A stretch of 64,000 nucleotides of DNA from NCBI RefSeq assembly GCF_018350175.1, contig NC_058368.1, forward strand, positions 124,932,001 to 124,996,000, in the 5' to 3' direction. Numbering within the stretch: the first letter of the stretch is position 1; each line of letters starts with the position of its first letter. Below, one piece after another: positions 26,846 through 40,448 of this stretch. Source of the DNA: Felis catus (lineage: Eukaryota). Position numbers and translations under genes: made by a program. The notes under the pieces were generated by a model. That model did not search any database, was not told the DNA's origin, and was given only the letters and a program-made list of their open reading frames with translations.

Positions 26846-27804
26846 TGCAAAAGTCTGTCTGTGCAAAAGTCTTGAGCAGGAAAGATGTTGGAATTTTTTA
26901 GACAGTGAAAGAAACACAAGGGTAGGGTAGAGGTCTAGGTGATTTTCAGTTGAGATAAGACCACATGGTGCATAGCCACAGTGGACCTTTTAAACATTTT
27001 AGTCTAAGCCCAGGGGCAAACCACTGGAGGGTTTTAATAGAGGAAGTGACCCTGGCTGCTCTGTGAAACCTGGACTGGAGTAAGATTCAAAGTGAAGAAG
27101 CCCCCTTAGGAGTCTGTTAGTACAGACCAGCTAAGATGGCAACTTGACCTGAGGGATTGTGAATGGAAGATACATTTTCTTGAAGATAATTTGCCAGTAT
27201 TATCAGGAATCTTAAATTTGTGTACGGTCTGACCCAGCACTTCCATTTCACTCCCTTGTTCTGAAGAAACAGATGTATGTAAAAGTTGAACTACTAGTTT
27301 GCTCATTCCCTATTATTTATTGAGAAATTGGTTTAAATAATTACAGTATTTTCAAACAAGCAAAAAGGAAAGAGGCAACTCATGCCAACTTTAAGGAGGC
27401 CACATCTTCCAGGAAGAGGTGTTTAGACAGGGAGAGTCTTCTGGTGGGTTCCTGGGAGAGAGACACTGAAAATACAGAATGGAGAAGAGATACTCCCAAA
27501 ACAAATGTGGGGGAGGAGAGACATTTAGGACCAAAGGGAAGATAAGCTCTCTTGTCTGGGAGTGCAGGAGCTTCTGGTGTAAAATGTACTGCAGTTCTGC
27601 CATGTGACTTATTTTTTGAGAACTAGCCTGGGAACCTAGCCACGCCTTGCAACGTTGTTACTGGAGGGGAAAGTGTTTGCTTTTCAAACTAGAGAATTGT
27701 AAGTGAATTTTTGGTATGCAGTCAGCCCATAAATTCAGTTGCCTGTAAATCTGAGCTTCCCTGGGTAAGTAGTAACTGAACAGGATGAAATTTTGTGAAA
27801 ACGT

Positions 27805-28099
27805 TTCTCTATCCCTGCCTTTTCCTTCCCTTAGCCCTCCCCACCCCTTTCTCTCTCTCTCTCCTGTCCTTTTCTTCTTTCTTGTTCCTTCCCTTTCTTT
27901 CCTCTCTTCCTTTCCCTCTCCTCCCTCCTTCTCTAGTCTTCTCTTATATACCCCAAAAGTTATATTTTATACTATAATCAGAGCAGGAAAAACAGCCAGG
28001 CACTTCTAAGTAAATAAAAGAATCTCCTTCCTTTCCTTCCTTCCTTCCTTTACCTTTTTTCTTCTCAAGTAGCCTCCTTTTTTTTTTTTTTTTTTTTTT
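27805..28099. repeat. Low-complexity polypyrimidine tracts (CT/CCTT-rich, long T run)
   Basis: Almost pure C/T at 27805-27945 and 28023-28099. Confidence 0.8.
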
Positions 28100-29452
28100 G
28101 ACAGCTTTTTTTATACCATGTGATGGAAATACTCTACTACATGCTCTTAATGCCGATTTGCAAGTTTTCAAATGTTTTGTACTCTTTGCATTCCTAAAAC
28201 TCTCTAGACCATTCTCTGCACAGGGATGTTTAACTTGTTGATTTTCACTCCCCTCCAGAATTGATGCTTTAGGAAAACCAGTTAACCATTTACTTTCTAG
28301 TGCATATTTAGTTTTAAGTTTTGGTGGTTCTCTGAAGATACTGCCCCTGTGGTTGTAATTATCTGGAAAATTCCTAGAGGAGTTTGCATTTCACTTCTTA
28401 GTAAGCTTGCAGTTATCATCTCTGGTATTTCCTTGAGTATTTCCTTTTCCTATCTATGTAGAAAAATCAGTTCTGTAGCTTTATAGAATTTCCAAAATAG
28501 TTATTGAACTTAGCTTATTAGTATTTTTTAAATTGTTACTTCTCCCAGAGTACAAATGCTTTAACTGTTTCCTTATGAATCAGGTTTTAAAATCCATGCA
28601 TATGTATATTGTATCTGTTGTGTATATCTGCATGTGGATATAAGTGTATTTGAAATTAGTGGATGCTTTACCTATTAAAGGCTAAATAATTTTAGGAGCC
28701 TTTTAGGATTAATTTTCAAAAATTATTAGCTTACAGATTATTTTATTCTGATAACTCCACAGTATATTATGGAGTAGAGGTCACATGTTTCTACCAATTT
28801 TTACATTTTATATATGGAGTGTCCCCAATACTTTGATGTGGAAATAATGTTACAAGAATACAAATCTAATCATTTAGGCTTTGAACAAATATTGTGAGAT
28901 CATAGAAGATGTGGTTAGGTTTCACTTAGCTTATTAAATATTGATTTAGCTTTTTTCGGAAAATGAGAATATCCACCAGATTCTATCTATATTTACTTAA
29001 ATTATTGGAAATCCTTAAGTTATTGGAAATCCTAGAGTAGTAAAATGCTCTTCTAAATATTTGTCTGTTAAATACTTCAAGTATGTGAGAGTGGTATAAA
29101 TGGAAGCAGTGCAGTCTTCATGAATGTGTTTCTTAATGCAGTACTTAATGTCTTGGGGTCCATTTTGTTAACTACCTGTAAACAAAGGTCTGTGTTAGTA
29201 GTATTAGTAAGCCTGCACCTTCTAAATAGAACTTTTCTTTTTAAAGGCATTATTACACTCACATTACCATACAACATTGAAAAACAGAGTATATACGATT
29301 CACAGTGACACTTTCTTTCATACTTGGCTTAAATCGTTTGAGGTTTTAGGAGTTACCTTTTTAGTTACATGTCCACTGAAAATATAAAATACTATTTATT
29401 CTTGGAAATTTTTTATATACTAATCTCCTTCTTATTGCTCCCTCCATTTTAG

Positions 29453-29603
29453 TCGCGAGATGGAGAATAAAGAAACTCTCAAGGGGTTGCATAAGATGGA
29501 CGATCGCCCAGAAGAACGAATGATCAGGGAGAAACTGAAGGCAACCTGTATGCCAGCCTGGAAACACGAGTGGCTGGAGAGAAGAAATAGGAGGGGCCCT
29601 GTG
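29453..29603 (+). CDS. MAP3K1: MAP3K1 exon 2 (151 nt)
   Basis: ttttag|TCGCGAGATG...GGCCCTGTG|gtaagt; [50 protein letters not shown]. Confidence 0.96.
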
Positions 29604-29837
29604 GTAAGTGTCTGTTTACCTGTCATAAGGAAGAAAGCATAGGAAGAGATGGGAAATTAAGCATAAGTAGATCCTCTTGTAAGCTTTTTTTTTCTTCTTG
29701 ATTTTAAGTGCAGTTATTTGATTTGCTTACCATTCTAGCCACTTGGAATAAAACATAGCTAAAACTATGCTCATTAAGCACCTTAAATTGTTCTAGAAAC
29801 TGAACTGGTTGGATTGGGTAGCTAATGCTTAAAGCAA

Positions 29838-29856
29838 CACTGCCCCCTACTGTCAG
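29838..29856 (-). promoter_or_regulatory. Candidate CTCF site in intron 2
   Basis: Minus strand ctgaCAGTAGGGGGCAGtg matches core CASYAGRKGGCRS. Confidence 0.45.
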
Positions 29857-30369
29857 TGTCTAAAATCCTTTTGGTAGAGATTTATACTGTATTTTAAGAA
29901 AGAAAAGCAATTTTTCTAAAGTTCTCTCTCTAAGATAGGATCCAAAGATCTGAGTTCCAGAAATCACCCAGGAAAGCAAAAACTGAATAGCCTCATAGAG
30001 TTTGAGGTAAATTTAAAAGATGCCCAGGGTTTGAGGAAAGAAACCTAGATTACTAGGATTAGGAGAGAACGTCATACTCCATCTTTTGCCATGGTTATTC
30101 TCTTTTAAGGCATACAAGTACTATGAGATGTGCTTCTCATTCTTACAAAGGAGGTAGACCTCAATTGTTAAGTGATCCCGTATCAGCCTGTATCGGCAAG
30201 TTTTTTGTCCTTTATAAACAAAGATAAGTTAAGATTGATTAGGTTTGGGGTAGGCAAAGGGATGGTGGGCATAATCATAAAAGTTATTGGGCAAGCTACT
30301 CACCTGACATTTGAAACCCTTGACCTTTACCCTTGCCAAATGACCAGCTAGCTCTCCATTCATCCCACT

Positions 30370-30490
30370 TGCCTATTTAAGTTCAAATTGAAATTAATCA
30401 AATGTAAATAAAGTAAAAATTTAGTTCCTCAGCCACATAGCCATATTTCAAGTGCTTGATAGCCACATAGACATCCCTCATCATTGTGTT
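30370..30490. mobile_element. MER3/MER33-like hAT fragment
   Basis: aaaaatttagttcctcagccacatagccatatttcaagtgcttgatagccaca. Confidence 0.55.
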
Positions 30491-30959
30491 GTCTTGCACG
30501 TTCTACCTACTGGTGTTTACCCATGGAGCCAATATAGAATATAGTTAATTGTTCCTTTATCTACCAGCTTTTTAAGCTGTGTTACTCATGAGTCCTTTCC
30601 TTTCCAGCTGAGCTTCCACATTTCTTCCATTTGTTTTTCATAGGAAGTAGTATGGCAAGAACCCCTCACTGTTTTAGTAATCATGTCAGAGGATAAAGAT
30701 GAAGAAATCAGGAATTTATCTTAGAAAAGCGAAAGTTCTATTGAAATAACTTATAGAAGGGAGTAAATTTCTACCCAGTTACTACAAAGAACTTTTGAGT
30801 AGGTAAAGCCATTTGAATGTGTTGCTTTCTGGAGCTCCTTGTGCTAGTGGAGAGTCTAAATCTTTTGAGAATACCATAAAGCAGAAATTACAACTTTTTA
30901 AAAAGAAGCCAATAAAGCCAATCCTTTATTACATATAAACTAAGGACATTCCATTTTCT

Positions 30960-31183
30960 TTTTTTTTTTAATTTTTTTTTTCAACGTTTATTTATTTTTG
31001 GGACAGAGAGAGAGAACATGAACGGGGGAGGGGTAGAGAGAGAGGGAGACACAGAATCGGAAGCAGGCTCCAGGCTCTGAGCCATCAGCCCAGAGCCTGA
31101 CGTGGGGCTTGAACTCACGGACTGCGAGATCGTGACCTGGCTGAAGTCGGACGCTTAACCGACTGCGCCACCCAGGCGCCCCC
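30960..31183 (-). mobile_element. Young Can-SINE (SINEC_Fc-like), intron 2
   Basis: Perfect 16-bp TSD ggacattccattttct at 30944-30959 and 31184-31199. Confidence 0.93.
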
Positions 31184-32478
31184 GGACATTCCATTTTCTA
31201 AGACGAAATTTTGGTTTTTCTCACTGTCCCCTTTCTGGCAAATCCTTAAATACAAGACAGAGCTAAAGAGGGAAGAGATGTGTGGAATAAGACATGTGAC
31301 ACGTAGTCCTTAGCTCAGTTATACTACCCTGTATGTTGCAGTTTACAGATTTCATATTACCCTTAAGAAGTTTATAGTCTACTTGGGAAATCTGATTGTG
31401 TTTATTGTGTCTTATATAAATTACATCAGATCCTTCTTGAAATATAAGTGAGGTATAAATATCTCCAGTTGTGAAAATGCAACTTATAAATAAAAATAAA
31501 GGCATGAAATACCACAGAACAGTTTGTGAGTATACACCAAATGTGTGGAGTGGGCAGAAAGCAATGATGACTTGGAAGAAAAATGTCAGGCTGACAGAGT
31601 TAAGGGCACTTTTGTTAAAGGTAGGATTTTAACCGAGCCTTAAAAGATGGGTGTTTTCACCAGGTGAAGGTATGCTACCTGGTATGCTGCAGGCTAGAGA
31701 TGTGGATTAGAAGGGAGAGTGGGAGTGAGAGTGCAGGACAAGGCCAGGTTAGGCGTGTGTGGTAGGCACAGCAGCTGGCTAGTAGAACAGTAGAAGAGTA
31801 GTGGAAGGAAGGCGGGGATGGTTGGCTAAGGCTTCAGTGTATGGCCTTTTGGTCATAGCTAGATTAGGTCTGTTGAGAAATAGCAGGTTTTATTTGTGCT
31901 TGAGAGATTGTGCTTGAGAGATTGCTCTTTTAAATATCTAGCTTCTTTTGGTGATTCTGAAATATATGTCTAAACTATTGTAACATAACATTGCAAAAAA
32001 AAAAAGGTAAAATGGCTTTGTATCGATTAGACTATTTGGGCACATAAATTACTCCCATTATTGTTTTCAAGATCCTGCATTTTCTCAGTAGAAATGAAAA
32101 AACATCTATTTTAATCTAGTTGAATAAGTTAACTGTAGAAGGTATAAGTGTTTATTTTTCACATTTGTTTACTAACCTGTGATTGTTGATTTTTAATGTT
32201 AAGTGATTTAGGGCACATAATAACAGATAATGCTAAATTTCTAAAATTACATAATAACATTTTAACTAGTGATAAAGCCTACGTTAATGAAATCTCTGGG
32301 TAAAAAGTCTTACATTTATATCATTTGAAGTAAGACTAAACAAAAGTTGATATGTTGTCTGTTATCTTTGTATAATATTGTGTGATGAAAAACTTGAGTT
32401 CATCTCTTAGTCTGTTGTGTTCAAATTTACTTATTTTTTATATTTTTAAGTAATGAGAATATTGGAATTTTAATTTAG

Positions 32479-32679
32479 GTGGTAAAACCAATCCCTATTA
32501 AAGGAGACGGTTCTGAAACTCACAGCTTGGCAGCTGAGTCTCCAGGAGAAAGCCAGGCAAGCACCGCTTCACCAGCTCCCAAGGGCCGCCGCAGTCCTTC
32601 TCCTGGCAGCTCCCCGGCGGGCCGCACAGTGAAATCTGAATCTCCAGGAGTGAGGAGAAAGAGAGTCTCCCCCGTACCT
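32479..32679 (+). CDS. MAP3K1: MAP3K1 exon 3 (201 nt)
   Basis: atttag|GTGGTAAAA...GTACCT|gtaagt; [13 protein letters not shown]...RRKRVSPVP. Confidence 0.95.
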
Positions 32680-32769
32680 GTAAGTTAATGTTTCAACAAG
32701 CATGTTAAGTTTCTACAATTTTCAGATTCATCTGTAACACAGAAAATATTGCTAGACATCTGTTAAAGC

Positions 32770-33625
32770 AGCACTTCTCAAAGTGTGGTCCACAAGCCCT
32801 ACGTTGGGGGAAGAGGGAAGGTCCTGGGACCTTTTCTGTGGATCCGTTAATTCAAAGCAAATTTGGTAATAAAACTGAGATGTTATTTGCCCCTTTCACT
32901 GCATTAACATTTAAATTGGTGGGTAAAGCTGCTGGTGCATTCACCTGAATTAAAGCTGTGACAATAGAAAATGTATTCTTCACTTGGGTATTTGGCATTT
33001 TCCTTAAGACTAGTTAAGTGAAGGAAGGAACTTGAAGGAAGGCAACGGAAATGTTTTTTCACCAGTGGTAAAATTTGAGATTTCAAGCAAAAATTAGAAT
33101 TTTGGAAAACTGTCTACCACTGTCAGCTTGACAGTTCCCCAATCCTTAAAAGAATTTTCTAATGAGATCAGTGATTTTATCAACTGTGATTTTTTTTTTC
33201 CATATATATCGCACAGTGAAATGTGTGAACATTTGAGAGATCTGCATAACTTAGTGAACCAGTATTTTCCCAATGACCAGTGCATGATGAAACAAAACCA
33301 TCCTTAGGTAAATGATCCATTCAAATTATGTGAGATATACCATCTGGATTTTAACGTGTAACAGTAGGATAAGTTTGTTGGTGTGGTTTCAGATTCCATA
33401 TCAGTCTCCTTTAAGAAACCACTTCTTTGGAGTAGTATCAAAAAAGAGTGTTCATAATTATTGTCTTTTACAATACCTTTCCCAGCTACATATATTTGTA
33501 AAGCCACATTTTCTTCATGTACTTTAACCAGAACATAGTATCACGGCAGACTGAATGCAGAAGCATCAATGAGAATCCAGCTGTCTTCTATTTTAAATCA
33601 GACATCAAAGAGATTTACAAAATGA
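32770..33625. mobile_element. Charlie1-like hAT transposon relic, intron 3
   Basis: Terminus cagcacttctcaaagtgtggtcc and internal gaattttggaaaact...agcttgacagttcccaatccttaaaagaattttctaatgagatc resemble Charlie1 as recalled. Confidence 0.7.
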
Positions 33626-33899
33626 TAGGTGCTAACTTCCAGAGAGAAAATGAAAGAATGAGACCTCTAGTGGCAAAATGCAAGTTAAAATTGACTTTCT
33701 AAACTTGAAGAGCAAATGAGTGAAGTGTAGAATGATTAAGGTCATGCCTACCAAGGGGAGATTTGCATATAAATCCTTGCAGAAGTAAATTTTAAGTGAA
33801 TCTTTTCACATTAAAGCCCAAGATACCTACCAGTATTTATTGGCTTTATGTTGACACACCTTTAAATGAGCTATTAAAAAAAAACAAAACTTAAAATAA

Positions 33900-34410
33900 G
33901 AACAATCATGAATCTGCAAATTAGGTGGAGCTCAGCAAGAGTGACTTCTGTCTGTTCCTCATGGCATCTGTGGAAGTTAGAATATCCAAAATGCTTCCTT
34001 ACTCCCATATCTGGTGTTTCAGCTGGGATGCTAGAACAGTTGGGGGCTGCTGACATCTCTTTCGTTCTCACAGCACAACACCAAGTGTTGCAAGGTAAGA
34101 GAGAACATGAAACATATTTTCTCTCACAGTCCTAAGAGGGAATCCACCCTGCTGACATCTGCTCTTGGACTTCTAACCTCTGAAACTGTGAAACACATTT
34201 CTGTTAAGCCAAAAAAAAAAGTGTATCAGGAGGGCAAGTCCAGTGTGGAAGTTCTTATAAAGCTGCCTTATTTCCTAATGCCTTATTGCCCAAAAGTAGT
34301 TACATGCCAGTTGCAAACCCAGAATCAGTGTGGTGGGGGACTCCACAAGGGTGCAAGTACTGGGCAGTGTGGTTCATAGGAGCCATCAAAGTAAAAGTCT
34401 ACCATGAGTA
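33900..34410. mobile_element. MaLR (MLT1-like) LTR fragments
   Basis: ccctgctgacatctgctcttggacttctaacctctgaaactgtga and similar MLT1-like motifs. Confidence 0.55.
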
Positions 34411-35076
34411 CATACAAATTACATTTTCCCTGCCCTCTCCCACTTTAGGATAGATGTCAAAGTTACCCCTCATTTAACAGCAACTTAGCATTTCATTATC
34501 TGGATAAATCATAGTTTAATGAACTTCATACTAATGGACATTTATATTCCTTCTTCACTTTCATTACTAAAAAAAAGTATGCAAACATACTTTTTAGGCA
34601 TACATCATTTTGCACATCTGTGAGCAAACCCATAGTATGAATACTTAGGTCATATAACATGTACATGTGTACTTGTTTTTTTTTTAATAACTGCCTATTA
34701 AAAAATAATGGCTGTATTGAGATATAATTCCTATACAGTACAGTTTACCTGTTTAAGTTATATAGTTCCTTGGTTTTGGTCTACTCAGAGTTATAGCCAT
34801 CACAGCAGTCAACTTTAAAACATTTCCATCACACCAGAAACTCCAGACCAATGAGCAGTCTATCCTCAGCCCTAGGCAACCATTAATGTCCTTTCTGACT
34901 CTATATATAATCTGCCTTTTCTGGTCATGACATATACAGTAAATGGAGTCATGCAGTATATGTGGTCTTTTGTGACTGGCTTCTTTCACACAGCATCATA
35001 TAAGTTGTATCCATACTCTCTTTGTTTTAGTTTTGTTTTCCCCCACAAACTGTGTTTACTTATCAGTGTGTGCATT

Positions 35077-35272
35077 GGGCACCTGGGTGGCTCAGTCAGT
35101 TAAGCATCCGACTTCAGCTCAGGCCATGATCTCAGTATTCATGAGTTCAAGCCCCACATTGGTCTCTCTGCTGTCAGCAGCATGGAGCCTGCTTCAGATC
35201 CCCTATTCCCCACTCACTCTTGCCCTCCCCTGCTCCCACTCTCAAAAATAAACATTAAAAAAATTTTTTTTA
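35077..35272 (+). mobile_element. Can-SINE, intron 3
   Basis: TSD ttatcagtgtgtg. Confidence 0.87.
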
Positions 35273-35414
35273 ATTATCAGTGTGTGAATTTTTGCCATGT
35301 GCATTCATATTTTAACACAAAGTATTAGTTGTGCCATATCATTCTTCCTCTTTTTTGTTGTTTAACATTCAAAACTAATTTCTGATACACCCACTTTATG
35401 TTTAAAAGTACTCC

Positions 35415-35609
35415 ATTTTTTTTAAGTTTATTTATTTTGAGAAAGAGCAAGAAAGAGCTGGGAAAGGGCGGAGAGAGAAGGAAAGAGAGAGAACCCCAAG
35501 CAGGCTCCACACTGTCACTGTGGTTACAGGGCTCAAATTCACGAACTGCAAGATGATGACCTGAGCTGAAATGAAGAGTCAGATGCTTAACTGAGCCACC
35601 AGGCACCCC
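35415..35609 (-). mobile_element. Can-SINE, intron 3
   Basis: Reverse-complement head ...gagccaccaggcacccc; approximate TSD aagtact. Confidence 0.87.
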
Positions 35610-36538
35610 AGAAGTACTATACTTTTAAGTTATACAAGATAACATTCTTTTGTGTAGATATACACATTTGGCTTAACCATTCCTCAGTTGATGGACATTT
35701 GGGTTATTTCCACTCTTTGGTTATTATATATAATGCTGTTGTGAACATGTGTATATGAATCTTTGGGTGGACATAACTTTTCACTTCTCTTGGGTTTATA
35801 CCTAGAAGTGGAATTGCCGAGTCATGTTTTCCATAGGAGCTGTACCATTTTATTTCCCTACCAGCACGGTTCTAATGCTTCGTGTTCTCACCAACATTTA
35901 TTATCTTTAACGATTAAATTAGGTGTCAAAAAGAATTAGAATTCCCACTGACCACTGATGGAAAGACCAAGTTCTAGGGGAATCAGTGAGGTAGAATGAG
36001 AGTGGTATATGTCACCCTTACCACAGGAGAAGTTTTATCAGCCTTTGGTGAGATGTCTTAATCTGGGGAAAGTCACTTGCCATTAGTTCCCTACAGACTG
36101 CACCATGGGAGGAATTGCATGGCAGCATTTATATGCTCTTGCAAAAGAGCATTTGGTAACACCTTAAGTGGAAGTGAGGAAACTGGATTTTTAATTTTTA
36201 TCACTAGAAACAAGTCATTGTGCTTGCTTCTAAGTGAATTTTTATGCTTTCCATCTTGGTTTACATAATACTCTTCAAAGAACTCAAATATTTACAATTT
36301 GTAAAATTATCACATGGTTGTCTCACTTGGCCAGATATTTATCATTATTTTTAGGGATGACTGTGATTTTAGAAGTTTCTTTGTGATGAGTATGTCAAAT
36401 AAAAGCATTTGCAGTATGCATTTTGTCCCATTATATTTGGGGGCATTTTTTTCAGAATATAAAATGCCACATGGCCATCTGATACGACCTTTTTTTTAAG
36501 GTAAGTGTTTCTTATCAAGAAGTAAGCAATTTACCTAA

Positions 36539-36805
<267 letters not shown>

Positions 36806-37126
36806 TAAGTTTAGATGACTTATTTCTCTTCAGTAAACTAAAGTGAGTTTAAAAAATATTTTGGGCTGATAAACATTTTTATTTAATGTATTTGTGAAGG
36901 TTTCTACTTGAGAATACAGATTTGATCTATTTAATAAATTAACCAAAAATAAGAGATTAGTTCATACATAGATTTTTCTTGCATATCCTTATATATCTTA
37001 CATAAGAATAATGAAGTAAATAGAAACTTTGTTAAACTTGGAAATATAAAAAAAAAAGTGATCATCTTAGGATTTCTAATAGAGCTAGAGATTTGTTAAC
37101 CCATAAGTTCTCTTTTAACTCTCTAG

Positions 37127-37243
37127 AACTGCAGCTGTGGACGTGGAACATTTTGTATCCATCTGTTATTTGTTATGCTCCGGGTGTTTCAACTAGAACC
37201 TTCAGACCCAATGTTATGGAGAAAAACTTTAAAGAATTTTGAG
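37127..37243 (+). CDS. MAP3K1: MAP3K1 exon 5 (117 nt), SWIM zinc finger
   Basis: ctctag|AACTGC...TTTGAG|gtaatt; [21 protein letters not shown] (CxC...CxH SWIM ligands). Confidence 0.96.
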
Positions 37244-37558
37244 GTAATTTTTAATAAGTACCTTAGACTAAAATTGTTAATAAATTTTTACGGCTCATTC
37301 CTGACACTTCTCCATGAGGAGTCATTTTGAAGTTATAAAGACACAGAAGAATTATTTGAGCCTTATCTCTTATAATCTATTGACTTTTTCCTCCAGACTG
37401 AAAAGAATGTGAACACTGACCTGCTGTTATTTTGAAGCTCTTAAATTGGCTTTGTGAAAAACTTATGAAATAAAAGACAAATAATTCAACCTCTATAGAA
37501 TTCTTTATATGTTATTATGGCATGAATATCATTGTTACTGTTTTTTTTTCAATGTTAG

Positions 37559-37741
<183 letters not shown>

Positions 37742-39541
37742 TAGTGTTACTTTTTAATTTTAGAGGTAATTTTTTATACCTACTTGTTAAGCTGCTCTAA
37801 AGTAATTGGCCTATTGAACCTTGGCTTTGAAGTTAAAACCAAGGGTAAACAACATAGATCATCTGAGCAGGTGTGTGTATACACACATATATATGCGTAT
37901 ATATATGTGGACTTCTCGTCCTGAAAAACCACACTGTTGAAAAATGGCACCTTAAATATCAGAATATAGTAGAGTCATTTCACAAGAAAAATCAAGTGGC
38001 AAGTATAAATATAAGTGGCTACTGTTTATCAGTCATTACTTTGTGCCAAGCATCTAATACGTTGTCTTATTCTGTTCATAGGCCAACCTCATTAGGTAGT
38101 TTTTATCACTCTTTTGCAGATAATGAAGGTGCAGCACTGTGTAAAAAATATGTCTATAGTTTTATTAACAAATTATATACAAGGCAAATTGTTTTCCAAA
38201 ATCACTTTGAAATGCAGGATCTCTAAATTGTATGATATCACTACTTCTTTCATAGATCTTTTCAGGGAATCCTCATTACAGGCTGTTTTACTTGTGTGAG
38301 CCCAAGGATACTCGTGGAAACAGACTAATCAATTGTAATTAAGAGATACAGTAGCCATTAATCACAATTATTATTTAAAATCTACGGCACTTCTCAAATT
38401 TTTTCATTGCCTAGCTGATAAGAATGAACATACAATACTGAAGGATATAGCCTAAAATGACCAGTGTGAAAAATTTTTCAAGTCTCTAGTATTATAAAAA
38501 TTCTTGTCAGTTATCTTTCTTTTCCAAGTTCCTTATTGGGTTTAATGTAAAAATGAGTTTTTTAAATCACTCCAGAAAAGAGTGCTGCTTTTCTTAAAAG
38601 GGCACCTCCTATGTGTTCCTGAGGCACCTGTTTGAGAAGCACGGGTCTAAGTGATTAAATCCCATCTTCATCCATCAGTTTTTTACGTATTGTAACTACT
38701 TCAAAATTCACAAATAGAAAGTAATCAGATCAAGGGATTTGTGAAAAATGGAGAGACCAGTTTTTTCACCTATAGGAAAAGTAAATGTTTGAATTTCCTT
38801 ATTTTTGGTTAAATGAATTTGTTTTAGAATCATAGAGTTTTACAAGCTTTTTGGGAATTAGAGATTTCTAGTTTATGTGGTTCCATGATAAGTGAAGCCA
38901 AAAGAGGTCATGCCACTCAGGTGAGCAAAGGCAGAACCAGAACCTCAGCATCTTGACTTTTAGTTCAGAACTCTTTCTCTTACTCCTTATCCTTCTAAAT
39001 AGATGAAAAGAATGAATTTTATTTCTCAAGCTTCCTGACCCAAACTTATTCTGGACCCTTTCTCCTTTTGGTTGACATTCCTGTAGCTTTTTATTTTGGA
39101 AAAAATAAAAAATGTTTAAAACCAGGTAGCCAAAGTTAAGTTAGAAAGTTTCTCTCTAAAATAAACAAAGGTAACTTCCAAATATGGGCTGGCTATACTA
39201 TGGATATTAATTCATTTGGATTAATGTATCCATGCAGAGAAACCACAGAAGCTATAATCTAGATTTTACTGAGATTATACTGTGTTGCTAAGTAGGTTAT
39301 GTTTCACGTAAATCACAAATTTTTATATCTAAAGACTAAAATAAAAAGAAACTTATCTGGAAACCTGATTGCATTGTATTAATTTTAAATTATATAAGAA
39401 ACAGTAAAAAAAAACAATTAGGACAATTGGAATATACTTTAAAAACTTTACCAAAAAAATTAAAGCTGCAAACAGGAACCTAAGGTCCCAGTACATAAGT
39501 GGGCAAAGGGCATGAAGACAGTATTGACACAAGAATTCCAT

Positions 39542-39713
39542 AGGGCGCCTGGGTGGCTCAGTTGGTTAAGCGTCCTGACTCTTGATTTCAGCTCAGTTCA
39601 TGATCTCCTAGTTCTTGAGGTCAGGCCCCATGTTGGGATCTGCACTGACAGTGTGGAGCATGCTTGGGATTCTCTCTCTTTTTTCAAAATAAGTAAATAA
39701 ACTTAAAAAAAAA
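39542..39713 (+). mobile_element. Can-SINE, intron 6
   Basis: gggcgcctgggtggctcagttggttaag head, A tail. Confidence 0.85.
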
Positions 39714-40267
39714 TTGAAACAAACATGAAAATGGTTTAGTTAACCTGATAACTAAGAAAATGGTCATTAAAAAAAAGGTATCAAATTTATTTAGAGACTT
39801 TGTAATGAAGACCATTCAGTTCTTGCGTAAGGATTTGTTTCACTGTATGTCAAGTGCTATATAGCCTTTCTGGAAAAAAAAAAAAAACAACAATGTGATT
39901 TTTTAAATGTTTGTATTTGTTGATCCAGTAAATGTACCTTTTTTTAAGAAAAAAATTTTAATCTGAGAAATGCACAAGATTTATATATATGACTGTCACA
40001 GTATTGTGAAAAATTGAGAATAGCTTAAACATGGAGCAAGGGAGTGGTTAAAGTATACCCATATTAGGAATAGTTCACGCAGCCGTTAAAATTATGCTTC
40101 TGAAGAATACTGAACGGCATGAAACAAAATCTAGGTTGTAATGCTGTACGTCATGCATGAACCCAATTTTTATATATATAAAGGGTATTATGGGTACATA
40201 CATACTATAATGACCAAAAATTTTAATGGTTATCAATAAGTGGCATTATTACACTTTTTTATACTTT

Positions 40268-40448
40268 AAATACTTTGGGCTTTAAGGTTCACTGGGTCTC
40301 TGTCACAACTACTCATCTCTGCCCTTGTAGCTGAAAAACCCATAGAAGATATGTGAATGAATGGGGATGGCTGTGTTAAAAAAAAACTTTGTTTACAAAA
40401 GCTGGCACAGGCTAATTTGATCCCCTTGTAGTATGCTAATATCTGCTC
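40268..40448. mobile_element. MER58A-like hAT element
   Basis: gtctctgtcacaactactcatctctgcccttgtagc...gaatggggatggctgtgtt...actttgtttacaaaa. Confidence 0.7.

Larger units (their letters stand above)
34690..35930 (-). mobile_element. Old L1M 3' fragments interrupted by two SINEs
   Basis: tattgagatataatt..., gatggacatttgggttatttccact, atacctagaagtggaattgc. Confidence 0.65.

Noticed and set aside
719..28171. Numerous 60-124 aa ORFs in intron 1
   Set aside because: They fall in SINEs, L1, microsatellites or AT-rich DNA, often start at non-ATG codons and resemble no known protein.
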